Assembly (NCBI GenBank): GCA_002269645.1
Contig: NIVC01004161.1
Coordinates: forward strand, 1-57,372
DNA length: 57,372 bases
Reading direction: 5' to 3'
Origin: Macrostomum lignano
Taxonomy: Eukaryota
The notes under the pieces are model-generated. The model was not told the DNA's origin and made no database searches. It saw only the letters and a list, made by a program, of their open reading frames with translations. Made by a program: the position numbers and the translations under genes. Shown piece by piece: positions 26,401-36,935 of this stretch. Numbering within the stretch: position 1 is the stretch's first letter; each line of letters starts with the position of its first letter.

Positions 26401-29400
26401 CATTGTTGACACGGTGATGCTGGCCGCCTGCGGACCGTCTGGCGGTGGACGGCACCCCGTGTCTCCTCGGCTGCTTCGGCACTTCAGGTTTGAAAAGAAC
26501 AAAATTGATTGAAAACTACGAGCTACCTATTTTTTAATTAGAACCATTTAGAACATCAATATAATTATCGTACAATACCTTTCTACAGTCTTCTCTCGCT
26601 GCCTCTGCCGTCGAGTCGCTCTCTGCAGCACATCTACCACGTGCAGCTCGGCCGATTCCTGCAGGATCACGACTTTCACGCCGAAATCCGCGACCTCATG
26701 CTAAACATGGTCAGCTGCGCCATCAATTTGTACTACAGGCTTCGAGCAGCGCTAAAGCCGACACCAGCCAAGCTGCACTATACCTACAATTTGAGAGATC
26801 TGACCAAAGTTGTTGAAGGATTTTACATGGCTAGCGAGAAGGTGATTGATAGTTATTCTAATCTCTTTTTAGTCTACTACTCATTCCTCAGCTAATCCTT
26901 TATTTCTCAATTCAACCGTTCCTTACTAAATGCAGGTTGTGACAAGTCGCGAAGCCTGCATCGACTTGTTCGTGCACGAGTCAACCCGCGTTCTCCACGA
27001 TCGCTTGTGCACCCCGGAGGACAGGGAAACCTTCTTTGCCCATCTGGCAGACGAACTGCGCCAACAGTTGAAGCTTCGTCTGACCGGAGACGCGTTGCGC
27101 GATCAGACACTCATGTTCGCTCGCTTCCTGGACCCCTCAGCCGCCGAAACATCTGGTGCTCGCGGTGGCGGAGCCGGCGCAGCCGACGAAGCAGCCAAGA
27201 ATGCGCCCTACGCACCCGTGCGGGATCTCCGCCGACTCCGGCAAGCGTTGGAGGATCTGCACATGAAGCAACGAGTTCAAGAGGTCGATGGGGCGGGCGA
27301 CGAAGCGTCGGGCGGCGGCGGAGACCAGCAGTTCGTGTTCTTCAAGGAGGCCATGGAGCATATTGTCCGAGCGGTCCGCGTGCTCGGCCAGCCTCGGGGC
27401 CACCTGCTTCTGATCGGCATCGACGGTACTGGCAAAACATCAACAGTTCGCATGGCCGCGAGCATCGCCCGTGCAAGGGTCGCCCGACTTAGACTGACTC
27501 GCAACTACCAGCTGCAGGACTTCCGTGCCGACCTCAAATCGGCTTTCATCAGGTCGGCGGTTCAAAACTCCGGCACCGTGTTTCTTCTGACTGACGCCGA
27601 TATTGTCAATGAATCGTTCTTAGAAGATGTGAACTCGATTCTCAACTCGGGTGACGTTCCTGATCTATTTGACGCCGAGGAGCTCGAAGGCGTGCTCATC
27701 AACTTGAAAGGCGACGCCAGTTCAGCTGGCCTTCAGGATAATCGCGAGGAACTGTACGCCTTCTTTCTGGATCGGGTGCGTCGGAACCTGCACGTGGTGC
27801 TGACACTGAGTCCGCTAGGCGATCGGTTCAGACAGCGTGTCGAGCGAATCCATCCTTGATCAACTGCACCACCATTGACTGGTTCGATCCTTGGAGTCCG
27901 GAAGCCATGCTCTCCGTGGCCGAAGTCTACTTTGAGCAAGAAGACTTTGCTGGTGCAGATCCAGTAAGTTTACTCATTGTTTATTAAAGTTTGAATATTT
28001 TCTTTACTAGTCATTCCATATTTTTCGCGGTTTCTACAGGCCTTAAAACCGGAGATCTGCAAAGCGTGCGTCACTTTACATCAGGATATGGAAGGCATTG
28101 GAAAGAGATTCTTCGAAGAGACTAAGCGACCGTACTATGTCACGCCTAGCAGCTACATGGAGTTTATTAAAACATTTAGCAAAATGATGCTGGAGTGCAG
28201 GACTAAGTTGGAAGGCAACAGGTGAGTTTTATTTTGTGAATTTCAAGTAGTTATTCAATTTTTTTCCAACACTTTTTACCGTCCTAAAATATTCAGGGAT
28301 CGTCTTACTCGCGGCCTTCGGCAACTCGACGAATCTGACCGTCTAGTGGTGACAATGCAGGAGGACCTTGTCCAGTTGGGTCCGCAAATCGAAGCCAAAG
28401 CTCAAGAAACTGAGCGAATGCTTGCTGATCTTCAACTTGACCAGCAAGCTGTAGAGGAGGTTCGCCTCACTGTAGTTCAAGAAGAATCCGTTATGCAGCA
28501 GGAGGCTGAGATTGTCGAGCGTTACGCTTTTGAATGCCAGCAGGATTTGGACTCTGTAATACCGGCACTCCAGGAGGCTGTCCGAGCACTGGACGCCCTG
28601 TCAAAGCAGGACATCTCTGAGGTCCGGGTGTACACTAACCCTCCAGATCTAGTGCTCCAGGTAATGGGGTCAGTTTGCGTTCTTCTCGGCGTTAAACCCG
28701 ATGCCAAGAACCCCTGGAAGACGAGCAAGCAGCTGTTGACTGATCCGCACTTCCTGTCTCGCATGGTATCGCTTGACAAAGATGCCATTTCGCCAAAAGT
28801 GTTTCGCCAGTTGAAAAAATTTACTCGACAGGCTAGCTTTAAGCCTGATCAGGCTGGACAGGTGTCGCGAGCCTGTCAGTCAATTTGCACCTGGGTATTG
28901 GCCCTGGAGCACTATCACGATGTGCAGAACATGATAGTGCCAAAGCAGCGCAAAGTTGAAGAGGCGAAAAAGGCCCTAGCCATTGCTAAAAGCAATCTAG
29001 AGGTGAAGCAGAAGCGTCTCGGTCTCATAGTCCAACAGCTCGCAGCATTGCAACGCGACTGCGAGGCCAGCGTCTCGGAACGCGAGAGTCTCAAGCAGCG
29101 GCTGGTGCAGACGGGGGCTCGGCTGAAGCGAGCCGGACTGCTCACGGCGGCTTTGGGCGGTGAGCGGCAGCGCTGGGAGGAGGCCATAGACAGTTTGCGG
29201 CTCCGCTTGAGGACACTGTCGGGTGACACGCTTCTATCGGCTGGGGCCGTTGCCTATTTCGGCGCTTTGACCGCTCCGTATCGACAAGCCGCCACGCAGC
29301 GTTGGTGCGATTTGTGCAGAGAAAAAAGAATCCCACTCAGTGACGGCTTCTCATTTGTCGGTTGCCAGACCACGCCGCACGATTTGCTTGACTGGCAGAA

Positions 29401-32400
29401 TCGGGGCCTAGCTAGGGACGCAAACTCGGCTGAGAATGCCGTGATACTGCGCGAGAGTCGTCGCTGGTGTCTTATGATCGATCCGCAGCAGCAGGGTCTT
29501 CGGTACTTGCAGGTAAATTATAACTGATTCTTTCTTTCTATCTAAATCCTACTCAACTCTTGACTGACTACTGAATACTTTGCAGGGTCTCGAGCCGAGC
29601 TTGAAACTCGCCCGAGCAACCGACCCAGCTTTCCTACAGACTGTGGAGCGAGCCATTCGAGTTGGCGAGCCGGTCGTCTTGCTTGACGTGGGAGAATCTC
29701 TTGACCCAACTCTCGGCCCCGTGCTGCGGAAAGAGATCTTCCACAGGGGCGGGCACAAGCTGATTCGTGTTGGCGAGAACGACATTGATTATGGCGATGG
29801 CTTCCGACTCTACTTGTGTTCTGCCACGCATAACCCCCACTTTCTGCCTGCCGCCAGCATCTTAGTGAACATCGTGAACTTCTCTGTGACTTTTGAGGGT
29901 CTTCAAGAGCAACTGCTGTCCTGTGTGGTGGCTCAGGAGCGGCCCGAACTCGAGCAAGAAAGAGCAGCGCTGTTGCAGTCTCTGGCTCGGTGAGTTGTAA
30001 AATCGATACTGTTTAAATTGTTTTTCATTGTAGTTTCCTCTAATAAATATCTAATAAATCGAAAAAATTAACTTTACAGCGACGGTTCTCTCCTCCGTGA
30101 ACTAGAAGACCGCACCCTAGGCCTGCTCCAAGGCTCTACCCGTCACATCTTGGATGACGAGGATCTGCCTCGCACCCTCGAACAGAGTCGCTCAATGTCC
30201 TCCGAGATCTCGGAGCGTGTCGCCAAAGCTGCCGCCACCGAACGCGAACTCAGCGCTGCGCGCCAAGTCTACCTGCCAGTGGCCACACGCGGCGCTGTCA
30301 TCTATTTCGTGATCGCCGACCTGCCCTCCATCAACTTGATGTACCAGTTCAGTCTGTCAACTTTCGAGTCCAGCTTCAGACGCGTCATCGCTGCAGTGCC
30401 TTCCAAGGAAAGCGAGGATCAGCCGCTATCGCTGGAGCAGCGGATGCGTCAAATGATCCACGACGTCACCATGACAACGCAACGAACCGTCACCCTGGCG
30501 CTGTTCTCTGAACACCGACTCTGCTTCGCTTTTCTTCTCTGCGCCGCTGTTATGCGCGCTGTCGACCGACTTCCGGCAGCCGCTTCCGTCGGCACTTCGG
30601 CTGAGCCGCTGCCTCAGCGCGACTGGAACTTCTTCCTGCACGGCGCGGAGCTGGCGAGTCTTTCCGCCACGGCAAGCTCGGGAACTGCCGCTGCTCCGAC
30701 CGACAGTCCTATTGAGATTGACTGGCCTTCCGAATCAGTCAGAGCAGCATGCGCCAGTTTGGAGTCAGCGCCGTCTAGCGGATTCGAAGGTCTTTGCGCC
30801 AGTTTCAGCCAGGCAACGGCGCAATGGCAAAGCTTTCGCGACGCTGACGACGCCTTCGAGTTAATGCTGAAGCCGCCAAACTTGACGCCCCATTTTGATT
30901 GGTCAAAGTTGCCCGATTTCCGACGCTTGCTTCTGATTCGATTGCTTCGACCGGCTCAGCTAGAAGCAAGCATGCGTCATCTGGTTGCTAGGCAACTCGG
31001 GCCGGAATTCACCGGTACGAATACGGCAGGACTACGGGAGGCCTTTGAATCGGCTAGCGCCGAGACGCCGCTTCTGTTCCTGATGGCTCCGGGCGCCGAT
31101 CCCACCGCTGCGCTGATGCGACTAGCCACGGATTTGCGCGGGTCGGCACTCCACCTGGACATGGTATCGTTAGGACGCGGCCAAGGACCCAAGGCGGAGG
31201 AGCTAATCGGTAAAGCCCAGATTCTCAAAGGTCGATGGGTGTTTCTGCAGAACTGCCATCTGGCCGCCTCTTGGATGCCGCGGTTGCAGCAGCTGGTTGA
31301 TAGGTATGCTTTTTCATAGTTGTTCAAAAAACTTTCTCACAAAATTTAGCATAGCGTTTTTGATCCGCTTCAACCGTTTCGATCATCTGTTCCATTTCAA
31401 AGCTAAGTATATTGTTTACAACGCACTTGAACGTAGTAGCATGGTCGTAGCATAATCGCATTGAATGGTCAAAGGGGGTTTTAGATTCATGATTTGAAGG
31501 TCAGGGGTTCGATTCCCGATCCCACTGGAAAAAATTACGTTCTTGAGCAAAACAATTAGCCCTGCATTGCTTCAGTTCACCCAGCTGTGAAATGGGTGCC
31601 AGCAGCATTAGCTGGGATAATTGAGGATGTGTGGCGACCCCACCAGTCCTTGGACTGAACAGCCGTACGCAGCCTTCAGATGCGCCGCGCAATAGCTGCG
31701 GCTGAGCTGTCGGTTGCACATCTACATGTACCTATCAGGGCAGGTATATTCAAATATTATTATTAATATTATAGATTGGTCAAAATAAACTAAACTGATG
31801 TTCGAAATTGGTTGTGCCCTAAAAATTAAAAAGACAATGATTGTTTTGTATGAGGCGTTTTCGCGATCCAACCTTAGCATGGCCAGGGGCAAGACAGGCC
31901 CAGACGGTTTTATTTATTAAAAACGAATAGGGTTTACAAATTAAAGGAGGGGGCAGACACGAGAGATAAAGTTCGATAATTTGAATATATCTAGGTCGAT
32001 AACAGCACAATTAAGGTACGACGGAGGGACACAACAGGAGGGAAAGTTTACCGGCACGATTTTTTTGCGACAGGTTGAAGCAGACAGGCTGAGCGAGAAA
32101 AGCTCTGAAACTCTGCTACGAGCATCTATTGCGTGTAAAGAAAAGTATGGACGATGCTAAACTTGAAGAAAGTCCAGCATCGATTCGTGGGGAGCGTAGC
32201 GACCAGAGAGAATTCATTGATAGCTCGTATAATATCACATAGCTCGTTAGTAACACTACGAAAATTTTCTTCTTCCAGCTTCCAGCGCGGAACGATGCAG
32301 CTAGACTCGCAGTTTCGGCTTCTGCTTAGCTCCAAGCCGGACGCCAGCTTCCCTGTCCCGGTGCTGCACGCGGCCTGCAAAGTGGCCATCGAAACGCCAC

Positions 32401-35400
32401 GCGGAGTCAAGAGTCTCTTGCGGAAGGCGTTTGCGCCAGACGGTACCGGCTTAGTGTCGAGTCGCGGGTTCGACTCTCAAACGCCGGACACACGGCGCTT
32501 GGTGTTTGCCCTGTGCCTGTTCAACTCTGTGCTGCTTGAGCGCAGTCGCTTCGGCAGTCTCGGCTTCAACGTGCCGTACGAATTCAATGACAGCGACCTG
32601 GAGGTGTCCCTTGTTCACCTGACTGGCAAGTCGACAGTGGACTGGCCCGCCGTGAGCCACCTGGTTGGAGACATCGCCTACGGTGGTCGAGTCACCGACG
32701 AACGCGATCGTCGCTGCTTAGCAGCCGTTTTAGGCGCCTTCCTGCGCCCGGAGGCCCTCCAACCGGGCTGGCAGTTTGCCACCGGCCTTACCAGCCTCCC
32801 GGATGAAGCCGAATTCAACTGGACTCAAGCCTACATTAACCAGCTACCGGAGGCGGAACCACCCGACGTGTTCGGCATGGACTCAAACTCGGAGCGAGCG
32901 GCGATGGAAGCGCGCGGCCGTCGATTGCTGGATGTGGTTGCAGCGGCGCAACCGAGAATTGCCACTACCACTGCGGCTGGGTCTGCGACCTCAGTCGACT
33001 CCATCGGCGGTGCCGACGCTCTAGCTATAGAGGTTATTGAGCACTTGACTCAGGTGAGTGTTGAGAAAATTGCCATGAAATATTAATATTGAAACCATAG
33101 TTGTTCGATCATTATGTTTCACACTTAGAGCGTGTTAGCGCTGCCACTCGAGGACACAAACACACGGATGTATGACACGCATAAGCATAAAAAGTAACCT
33201 CTAAGAAAAATCAAGATATTTGTCTTTTTCTTCGCAACTCTGGCGCGCTTCGTTCAAAAAGACAGAAGGTGCTGCGAGCACAAGACGTCAGTACATTAGT
33301 AGTGGGATTCAATAAGAGAAGAAGTTTTGTAAAGACAGCTAAAAGGCGGCGAGTGAGAGAAGCGACTTCAGGCAGGCTTAAAATGACAAATTCTGGGGGT
33401 GAGACTGGTACTGAAGTCGGTTAGTTTACCATACCAAGCAACCACTATCTTCTTGCTCACATTTTTAGCTGCTACCGAAGTCGGTAGAACGCGAATCTCT
33501 CGAACCGGAGGATCTCCGCAAACGACTTGGCCCTCGCCAGTCCCTGGCCAAAGCCATGGCGCTCGAGGCCCAACGAAGCGGCAGCGGCACCGTCGCCAGC
33601 GGGAAGCTGGGCTCGGCGCTTCATCAGCTTCTGCGCCAGGAGATAGATCGCTACGACAACTTGTTGCGTCAGGTCCGACGCGACCTCAAGCAACTACGTT
33701 TAGCTCTGCACGGCGACACCCTGATGACGGACTCGCTAGAGTCTGCCCTGTCCGCTTTCCTGCGCAACCGGGTGCCGCCCGCCTGGCTGCGCTATGAGTC
33801 CTGCAAATCCCTCAGCGCCTGGGCTGCCGATCTGCGCACTCGGGTTCGATTCCTCGCCGGCTGGGCGGAACGACTCGTGCGCGACTTCCAGCAACGCAGC
33901 GGCCTGCTCAAGGAGCCGGATATGTTTCCGCACGGACCGGAACCGTTCGCGCATTGGCTGCCGGCCTTCTTTTTTCCGCAAGGATTTCTCACCGCCGTGC
34001 TTCAGGCGCAGGCCAGGAGGCTTCGCGTGCCAGTGAGCCACTTTATTCTGAGTCACCGCATGCCATCACCGATTGACTCCATGCTACCACCCCTCTACTC
34101 CATGCTAAAACACCCTCTACTCCACGCTAAAGCACCCTCTCCTCCATGCTAAAACACCCTCTCCTCCATGCTAAAACACCCTCTACTCCACGCTAAAGCA
34201 CCCTCTCCTCCATGCTAAAACACCCTCTCCTCCATGCTAAAACACTCTCTCCTCCATGCTAAAACACCCTCTCCTCCATGCTAAAACACCCTCTCCTCCA
34301 TGCTAAAACACCCTCTCCTCCATGCTAAAACACTCTCTCCTCCATGCTAAAACACTCTCTCCTCCATGCTAAAACACCCTCTCCTCCATGCTAAAACACT
34401 CTCTCCTCTATGCTAAAACACCCTCTCCTCCATGCTAAAACACCCTCTCCTCCATGCTAAAATACCCTCTCCTCCATGCTAAAACACCCTCTCCTCCATG
34501 CTAAAACACCCTCTCCTCCATGCTAAAACACCCTCTCCTCCATGCTAAAACACCCTCTCCTCCATGCTAAAACACCCTCTCCTCCATGCTAAAACACCCT
34601 CTCCTCCATGCTAAAACACCCTCTCCTCCATGCTAAAACACCCTCTCCTCCATTCTAAAACACCCTCTCCTCCATGCTAAAACACCCTCTCCTCCATGCT
34701 AAAACACCCTCTCCTCTATGCTAAAACACCCTCTCCTCCATGCTAAAACACCCTCTCCTCTATGCTAAAACACCCTCTCCTCCATGCTAAAACACCCTCT
34801 CCTCCATGCTAAAACACCCTCTCCTCCATGCTAAAACACCCTCTCCTCCATGCTAAAATACCCTCTCCTCCATGCTAAAACACCCTCTCCTCCATGCTAA
34901 AATACCCTCTCCTCCATGCTAAAACACCCTCTCCTCCATGCTAAAACACCCTCTCCTCTATGCTAAAACACCCTCTCCTCCATGCTAAAACACCCTCTCC
35001 TCTATGCTAAAACACCCTCTCCTCCATGCTAAAACACCCTCTCCTCCATGCTAAAACACCCTCTCCTCCATGCTAAAACACCCTCTCCTCCATGCTAAAA
35101 TACCCTCTCCTCCATGCTAAAACACCCTCTCCTCCATGCTAAAACACCCTCTCCTCCATGCTAAAACACCCTCTCCTCCATGCTAAAACACCCTCTCCTC
35201 CATGCTAAAACACCCTCTCCTCCATGCTAAAAGACCCTCTCCTAAAGCATTAAAGTTGACCTGCAAGGTGACGTCACCGGTTCTAGAGGCTATAAACAGT
35301 ACGGCCCTATTATGGCTATAAATAACGGAGAAGTGCCGTTGTTACACGTATTTTGTGTTACAATAGGTACCTGGTTAACAGTATTCAATAATCGTTTTAT

Positions 35401-36935
35401 CTGTTAAATGTTAAACAAAAAGGTCGACCTACTGGAGTTCCGTCATCGAGTCCTGCCAAGCAGTCCCCCGATTGGCACCGGCAGCGTCGAGGAGTTCGCC
35501 TTCCAGTCTGGCTCTCCTCCACCAACCGACGGAGTGTTCGTGTTCGGCTTGGTGCTGGACAGCGCCGCTTGGACCGAGAGCGCCGGCGGTCTCACAGAGA
35601 GTCCGCCGGGTTCGAGATTTTGCGAACTGCCCGCTATGCACATGCTGCCGTGTCAGGTTAGTCCGAATCTCGCGCTAAAGTCGTTGGGTTTTATTCCATG
35701 CATGGCCTTGATTAGGCTGGCTAAGGCACAACGAATGTAGGTACATACTAGAAAATGAGAAATGCAGGGTCGCTGTACAACCTGCGTACGTATCATTATC
35801 CTATCGTTAATCCTTTCGGCAAAGCTGTTTTCCTCCTCTTCAATGTGGCTCTTGATTGATGATTAATTGATTAGTAATTGATTTGCCAAATTATTATTAC
35901 TCAGTTTGTTCGGAGCCTCAGACACTGCTCAGACACATCAAGAGCAGTAGGAATGGGCATAGCTGTTTTCCTCCTCTTCAATGTAGCTCTTAGTAATGTA
36001 ACTCTTCGATGTAGCTATAGATGACCCGAATTTGTGTCATACCATCATTAAATAACCTTGATTTGTGTCATAATATCATCGTTAGATAACATTGATTTGT
36101 GTAATATCATAATCACTAGATAACCTTGATTAGTGTCATATTATCATCATTAGATAACCTTGATTTGTGTCATAATATCATCGTTAGATAACATTGATTT
36201 GTGTAATATCACAATCACTAGATAACCTTGATTAGTGTCATATTATCATCATTAGATAACCTTGATTTGTGTCATAATATCATCGTTAGATAACATTGAT
36301 TTGTGTAATATCACAATCATTAGATAACCTTGATTTGTGTCATATTGTCAACACTAGATAACCTTGATTTCGGGTAATATTGTCAACACTAGATAACCTT
36401 GATTTGTGTCATATTGTCAACACTAGATAACCTTGAGTTGTGTCATATTGTCAACACTAGATAACCTTGATTTGTGTCATATTGTCAACACTAGATAACC
36501 TTGAGTTGTGTCATATTGTCAACACTAGATAACCTTGATTTGTGTCAAATTTTCAACACTTAAAATTACACTTAATTTTCGTCATGTTGTCAACGTTCGA
36601 CATGGCTCATTTTTGTCATATTTCCTGCATTATACATCTGTTGAATTCTGTTGTCTTATTTATTTGGATTTAAAGTATCAACACTCGTCTGCCATTTACT
36701 CTCAATTCAGACCGGCACCCCTGACCCAGCTGACTCTACCGACTCAACAGCGGTTGGTTCGGCCAGCTTCAGCTACGACTGTCCCGTCTACCGCACCGCC
36801 AGACGCGCCGGGGCGCTGTCCAGCACGGGCCACAGCACCAACTTCGTCTGCTCGGTGCGCCTACCGGCCACGCAGCCGCAGAGCGTGTGGCGACTGCGCG
36901 GCGCCGCCCTGCTCTGCGCTCCGGACATTGATTGA
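2519..36935 (+). CDS. DNAH14: Axonemal dynein heavy chain, single-headed inner-arm type (DNAH14-like); about 26 exons, 5' end outside the window
   Basis: Four P-loops ([32 protein letters not shown]), linker [14 protein letters not shown], stalk, AAA5/6 and C-terminal [23 protein letters not shown] exons traced by hand are phase-compatible except at three 1-nt indels. AAA1 residues KDLAKSxGKHC, ASQxxTIKAAKD and MMVPHY resemble DNAH14 rather than DNAH6, from recall; the paralog assignment needs a phylogeny. Confidence 0.9.
4028..5484 (+). CDS. Dynein heavy chain exon (tail)
   Basis: Acceptor ctcag 4027; in frame with ORF 4291..5487. The donor gtgagt at 5484 is one base out of phase with the next exon. 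Confidence 0.8.
5578..5780. repeat. 15-bp minisatellite (CCCCAGATGCCACAT)n in a dynein intron
   Basis: Directly visible tandem array ending about 30 bp before the acceptor. Confidence 0.95.
5808..6218 (+). CDS. Dynein heavy chain exon
   Basis: cacag|AGC...[12 protein letters not shown]...[11 protein letters not shown]...AAT|gtgagt. Confidence 0.85.
6290..6620. repeat. Degenerate GATG/GGAT low-complexity intronic tract
   Basis: Repeated gatgg/ggatgat motifs. Confidence 0.8.
6686..7443 (+). CDS. Dynein heavy chain exon (linker/DHC_N2)
   Basis: [29 protein letters not shown]; canonical splice sites. Confidence 0.9.
7470..7725 (+). mobile_element. tRNA-derived CORE-type SINE, copy 1
   Basis: B-box GGTTCGATTC followed by ccttgagcaagacacttaactctg..cttcagttcacccagctgtaaaatggg, which resembles the MIR/CORE central domain. 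Near-identical copy at about 31430-31722. Confidence 0.7.
7908..7982 (+). CDS. Dynein heavy chain small exon
   Basis: tgcag|...[22 protein letters not shown]|gtgagc. Confidence 0.8.
8105..8640. repeat. 16-17-bp minisatellite (GAGATTCCTAAGGTGT)n, degenerating at the 3' end
   Basis: Visible tandem array. Confidence 0.9.
8747..8852 (+). CDS. Dynein heavy chain small exon
   Basis: cccag|...[14 protein letters not shown]|gtgagt, phase-compatible. Confidence 0.75.
8990..9505. repeat. 21-bp minisatellite (CTAGAGACCCTGACACCCTAT)n
   Basis: Visible tandem array; source of spurious ORFs 8976 and 8990. Confidence 0.95.
9598..9848 (+). CDS. Dynein heavy chain exon
   Basis: TQIIF...[10 protein letters not shown]...SSEDFNWR; tccag acceptor and gtgagt donor. 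Confidence 0.85.
9933..11352. repeat. 16-bp minisatellite (GCCCCTTGGTGCTGGC)n switching to (GCCCCTTGGTGCTAAA)n at about 10917
   Basis: Visible tandem array of about 1.4 kb. Confidence 0.95.
11409..12176 (+). CDS. Dynein heavy chain exon (AAA1)
   Basis: [45 protein letters not shown]. Confidence 0.95.
12716..13673. mobile_element. Long-TIR element nested in the Harbinger-type element
   Basis: About 108-bp inverted repeats at 12716-12824 and 13367-13673; the right arm is split by the 13400-13593 MITE. Confidence 0.7.
13400..13593. mobile_element. 194-bp Harbinger-like MITE
   Basis: TIR GGGCCGTATGCAGAAAGC at both ends with a 3-bp AAA duplication; removing it restores the right TIR of the 12716-13673 element. 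Confidence 0.8.
14858..15216 (+). mobile_element. tRNA-derived SINE with a 14-bp target-site duplication
   Basis: A-box TAGCCCAGCGG, B-box GGCTCGATTCC, A-rich tail; AAGGGTACTCAATG at 14844-14857 and 15217-15230. Confidence 0.85.
16905..17115 (+). CDS. Dynein heavy chain exon
   Basis: [27 protein letters not shown]; ttcag acceptor and gtaagg donor. Confidence 0.9.
17530..18170. repeat. 30-bp minisatellite (ATTGCTGAGATGTCAAGGCTTACTGGGGGA)n
   Basis: Visible tandem array; ORFs 17528, 17541 and 17590 arise from it. Confidence 0.95.
18263..18523 (+). CDS. Dynein heavy chain exon (AAA2 P-loop)
   Basis: [16 protein letters not shown]; donor gtaagc at 18524. Confidence 0.9.
18600..19700. repeat. 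22-bp minisatellite (GGGGATCTGCTGACTTCTAATT)n
   Basis: Visible tandem array of about 1.1 kb. Confidence 0.95.
19792..19869 (+). CDS. Possible extra dynein exon (charged insert)
   Basis: gacag|[26 protein letters not shown]|gtatcc; 78 nt, phase 0-0; no homology support. Confidence 0.35.
20270..20500 (+). CDS. Dynein heavy chain exon (AAA2, poly-Q insert)
   Basis: [14 protein letters not shown]....FEWTDGLV followed by a CAG/CAA run; donor gtaaga at 20501. Confidence 0.9.
20824..21276 (-). CDS. Putative nested antisense two-exon gene, about 106 aa, unknown function
   Basis: Exons 21276-21047 and 20914-20824. ATG lies 11 nt after a caaatag acceptor. The gtcagt donor and ttttgatag acceptor are both phase 2, and the frame stays open to TAG. 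GC-rich, coding-like composition. Confidence 0.5.
21573..21661. mobile_element. Small palindromic MITE-like hairpin
   Basis: 26-bp perfect inverted arms TACCGATTTTTTTCGGCAGCAATTGC with a quasi-palindromic centre. Confidence 0.6.
21740..22015. repeat. 62-bp tandem repeat, about 4.5 copies
   Basis: ctgcccgctaatttgcattag recurs at 21740, 21802, 21864, 21926 and 21988. Confidence 0.9.
22419..22602 (+). CDS. Dynein heavy chain exon (acidic low-complexity insert in AAA2)
   Basis: gccag|[14 protein letters not shown]...ILPYQ G|gtaacg; phase 1 joins [12 protein letters not shown]. Confidence 0.7.
23332..23911 (+). CDS. Dynein heavy chain exon (AAA2)
   Basis: [46 protein letters not shown]. Confidence 0.9.
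24382..25100 (+). CDS. Dynein heavy chain exon (AAA3 P-loop)
   Basis: [32 protein letters not shown]. Confidence 0.9.
26112..26487 (+). CDS. Dynein heavy chain exon (AAA3)
   Basis: [34 protein letters not shown]. Confidence 0.9.
26589..26841 (+). CDS. Dynein heavy chain exon (AAA lid)
   Basis: [20 protein letters not shown]. Confidence 0.9.
26936..27963 (+). CDS. Dynein heavy chain exon (AAA4) with a 1-nt frameshift near 27838
   Basis: [40 protein letters not shown]. Adding one base restores [17 protein letters not shown]. Confidence 0.9.
28040..28221 (+). CDS. Dynein heavy chain exon
   Basis: [12 protein letters not shown]; canonical splice sites. Confidence 0.85.
28297..29512 (+). CDS. 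Dynein heavy chain exon (stalk/MTBD, start of AAA5)
   Basis: Coiled coil, [38 protein letters not shown]. Confidence 0.9.
29586..29989 (+). CDS. Dynein heavy chain exon (AAA5)
   Basis: FRLYLCS...[20 protein letters not shown]. Confidence 0.9.
30080..31303 (+). CDS. Dynein heavy chain exon (strut, AAA6)
   Basis: [44 protein letters not shown]. Confidence 0.9.
31430..31722 (+). mobile_element. tRNA-derived CORE-type SINE, copy 2
   Basis: Same B-box, CORE-like body and 3' part (cagtccttggactgaacagccgtacgcagccttcag...gtcggttgcacatct) as the 7470 copy. Confidence 0.7.
32279..33053 (+). CDS. Dynein heavy chain exon (AAA6 lid)
   Basis: [39 protein letters not shown]. Confidence 0.9.
33469..34032 (+). 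CDS. Dynein heavy chain exon (C-terminal domain)
   Basis: [35 protein letters not shown]. Confidence 0.9.
34085..35242. repeat. 22-bp minisatellite (CTCTCCTCCATGCTAAAACACC)n
   Basis: Visible tandem array starting about 50 bp after the donor. Confidence 0.95.
35423..35656 (+). CDS. Dynein heavy chain exon (C-terminal domain)
   Basis: [15 protein letters not shown]. Confidence 0.85.
36050..36560. repeat. 34-bp minisatellite with a 3-unit (102-bp) higher-order structure
   Basis: GATAACCTTGATTTGTGTCAT... units; three variant units recur in order about three times, followed by a homogeneous block. Confidence 0.85.
36711..36935 (+). CDS. Dynein heavy chain last exon
   Basis: [23 protein letters not shown]...[10 protein letters not shown]. 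Confidence 0.9.
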   Translation, partial: TGTPDPADSTDSTAVGSASFSYDCPVYRTARRAGALSSTGHSTNFVCSVRLPATQPQSVWRLRGAALLCAPDID

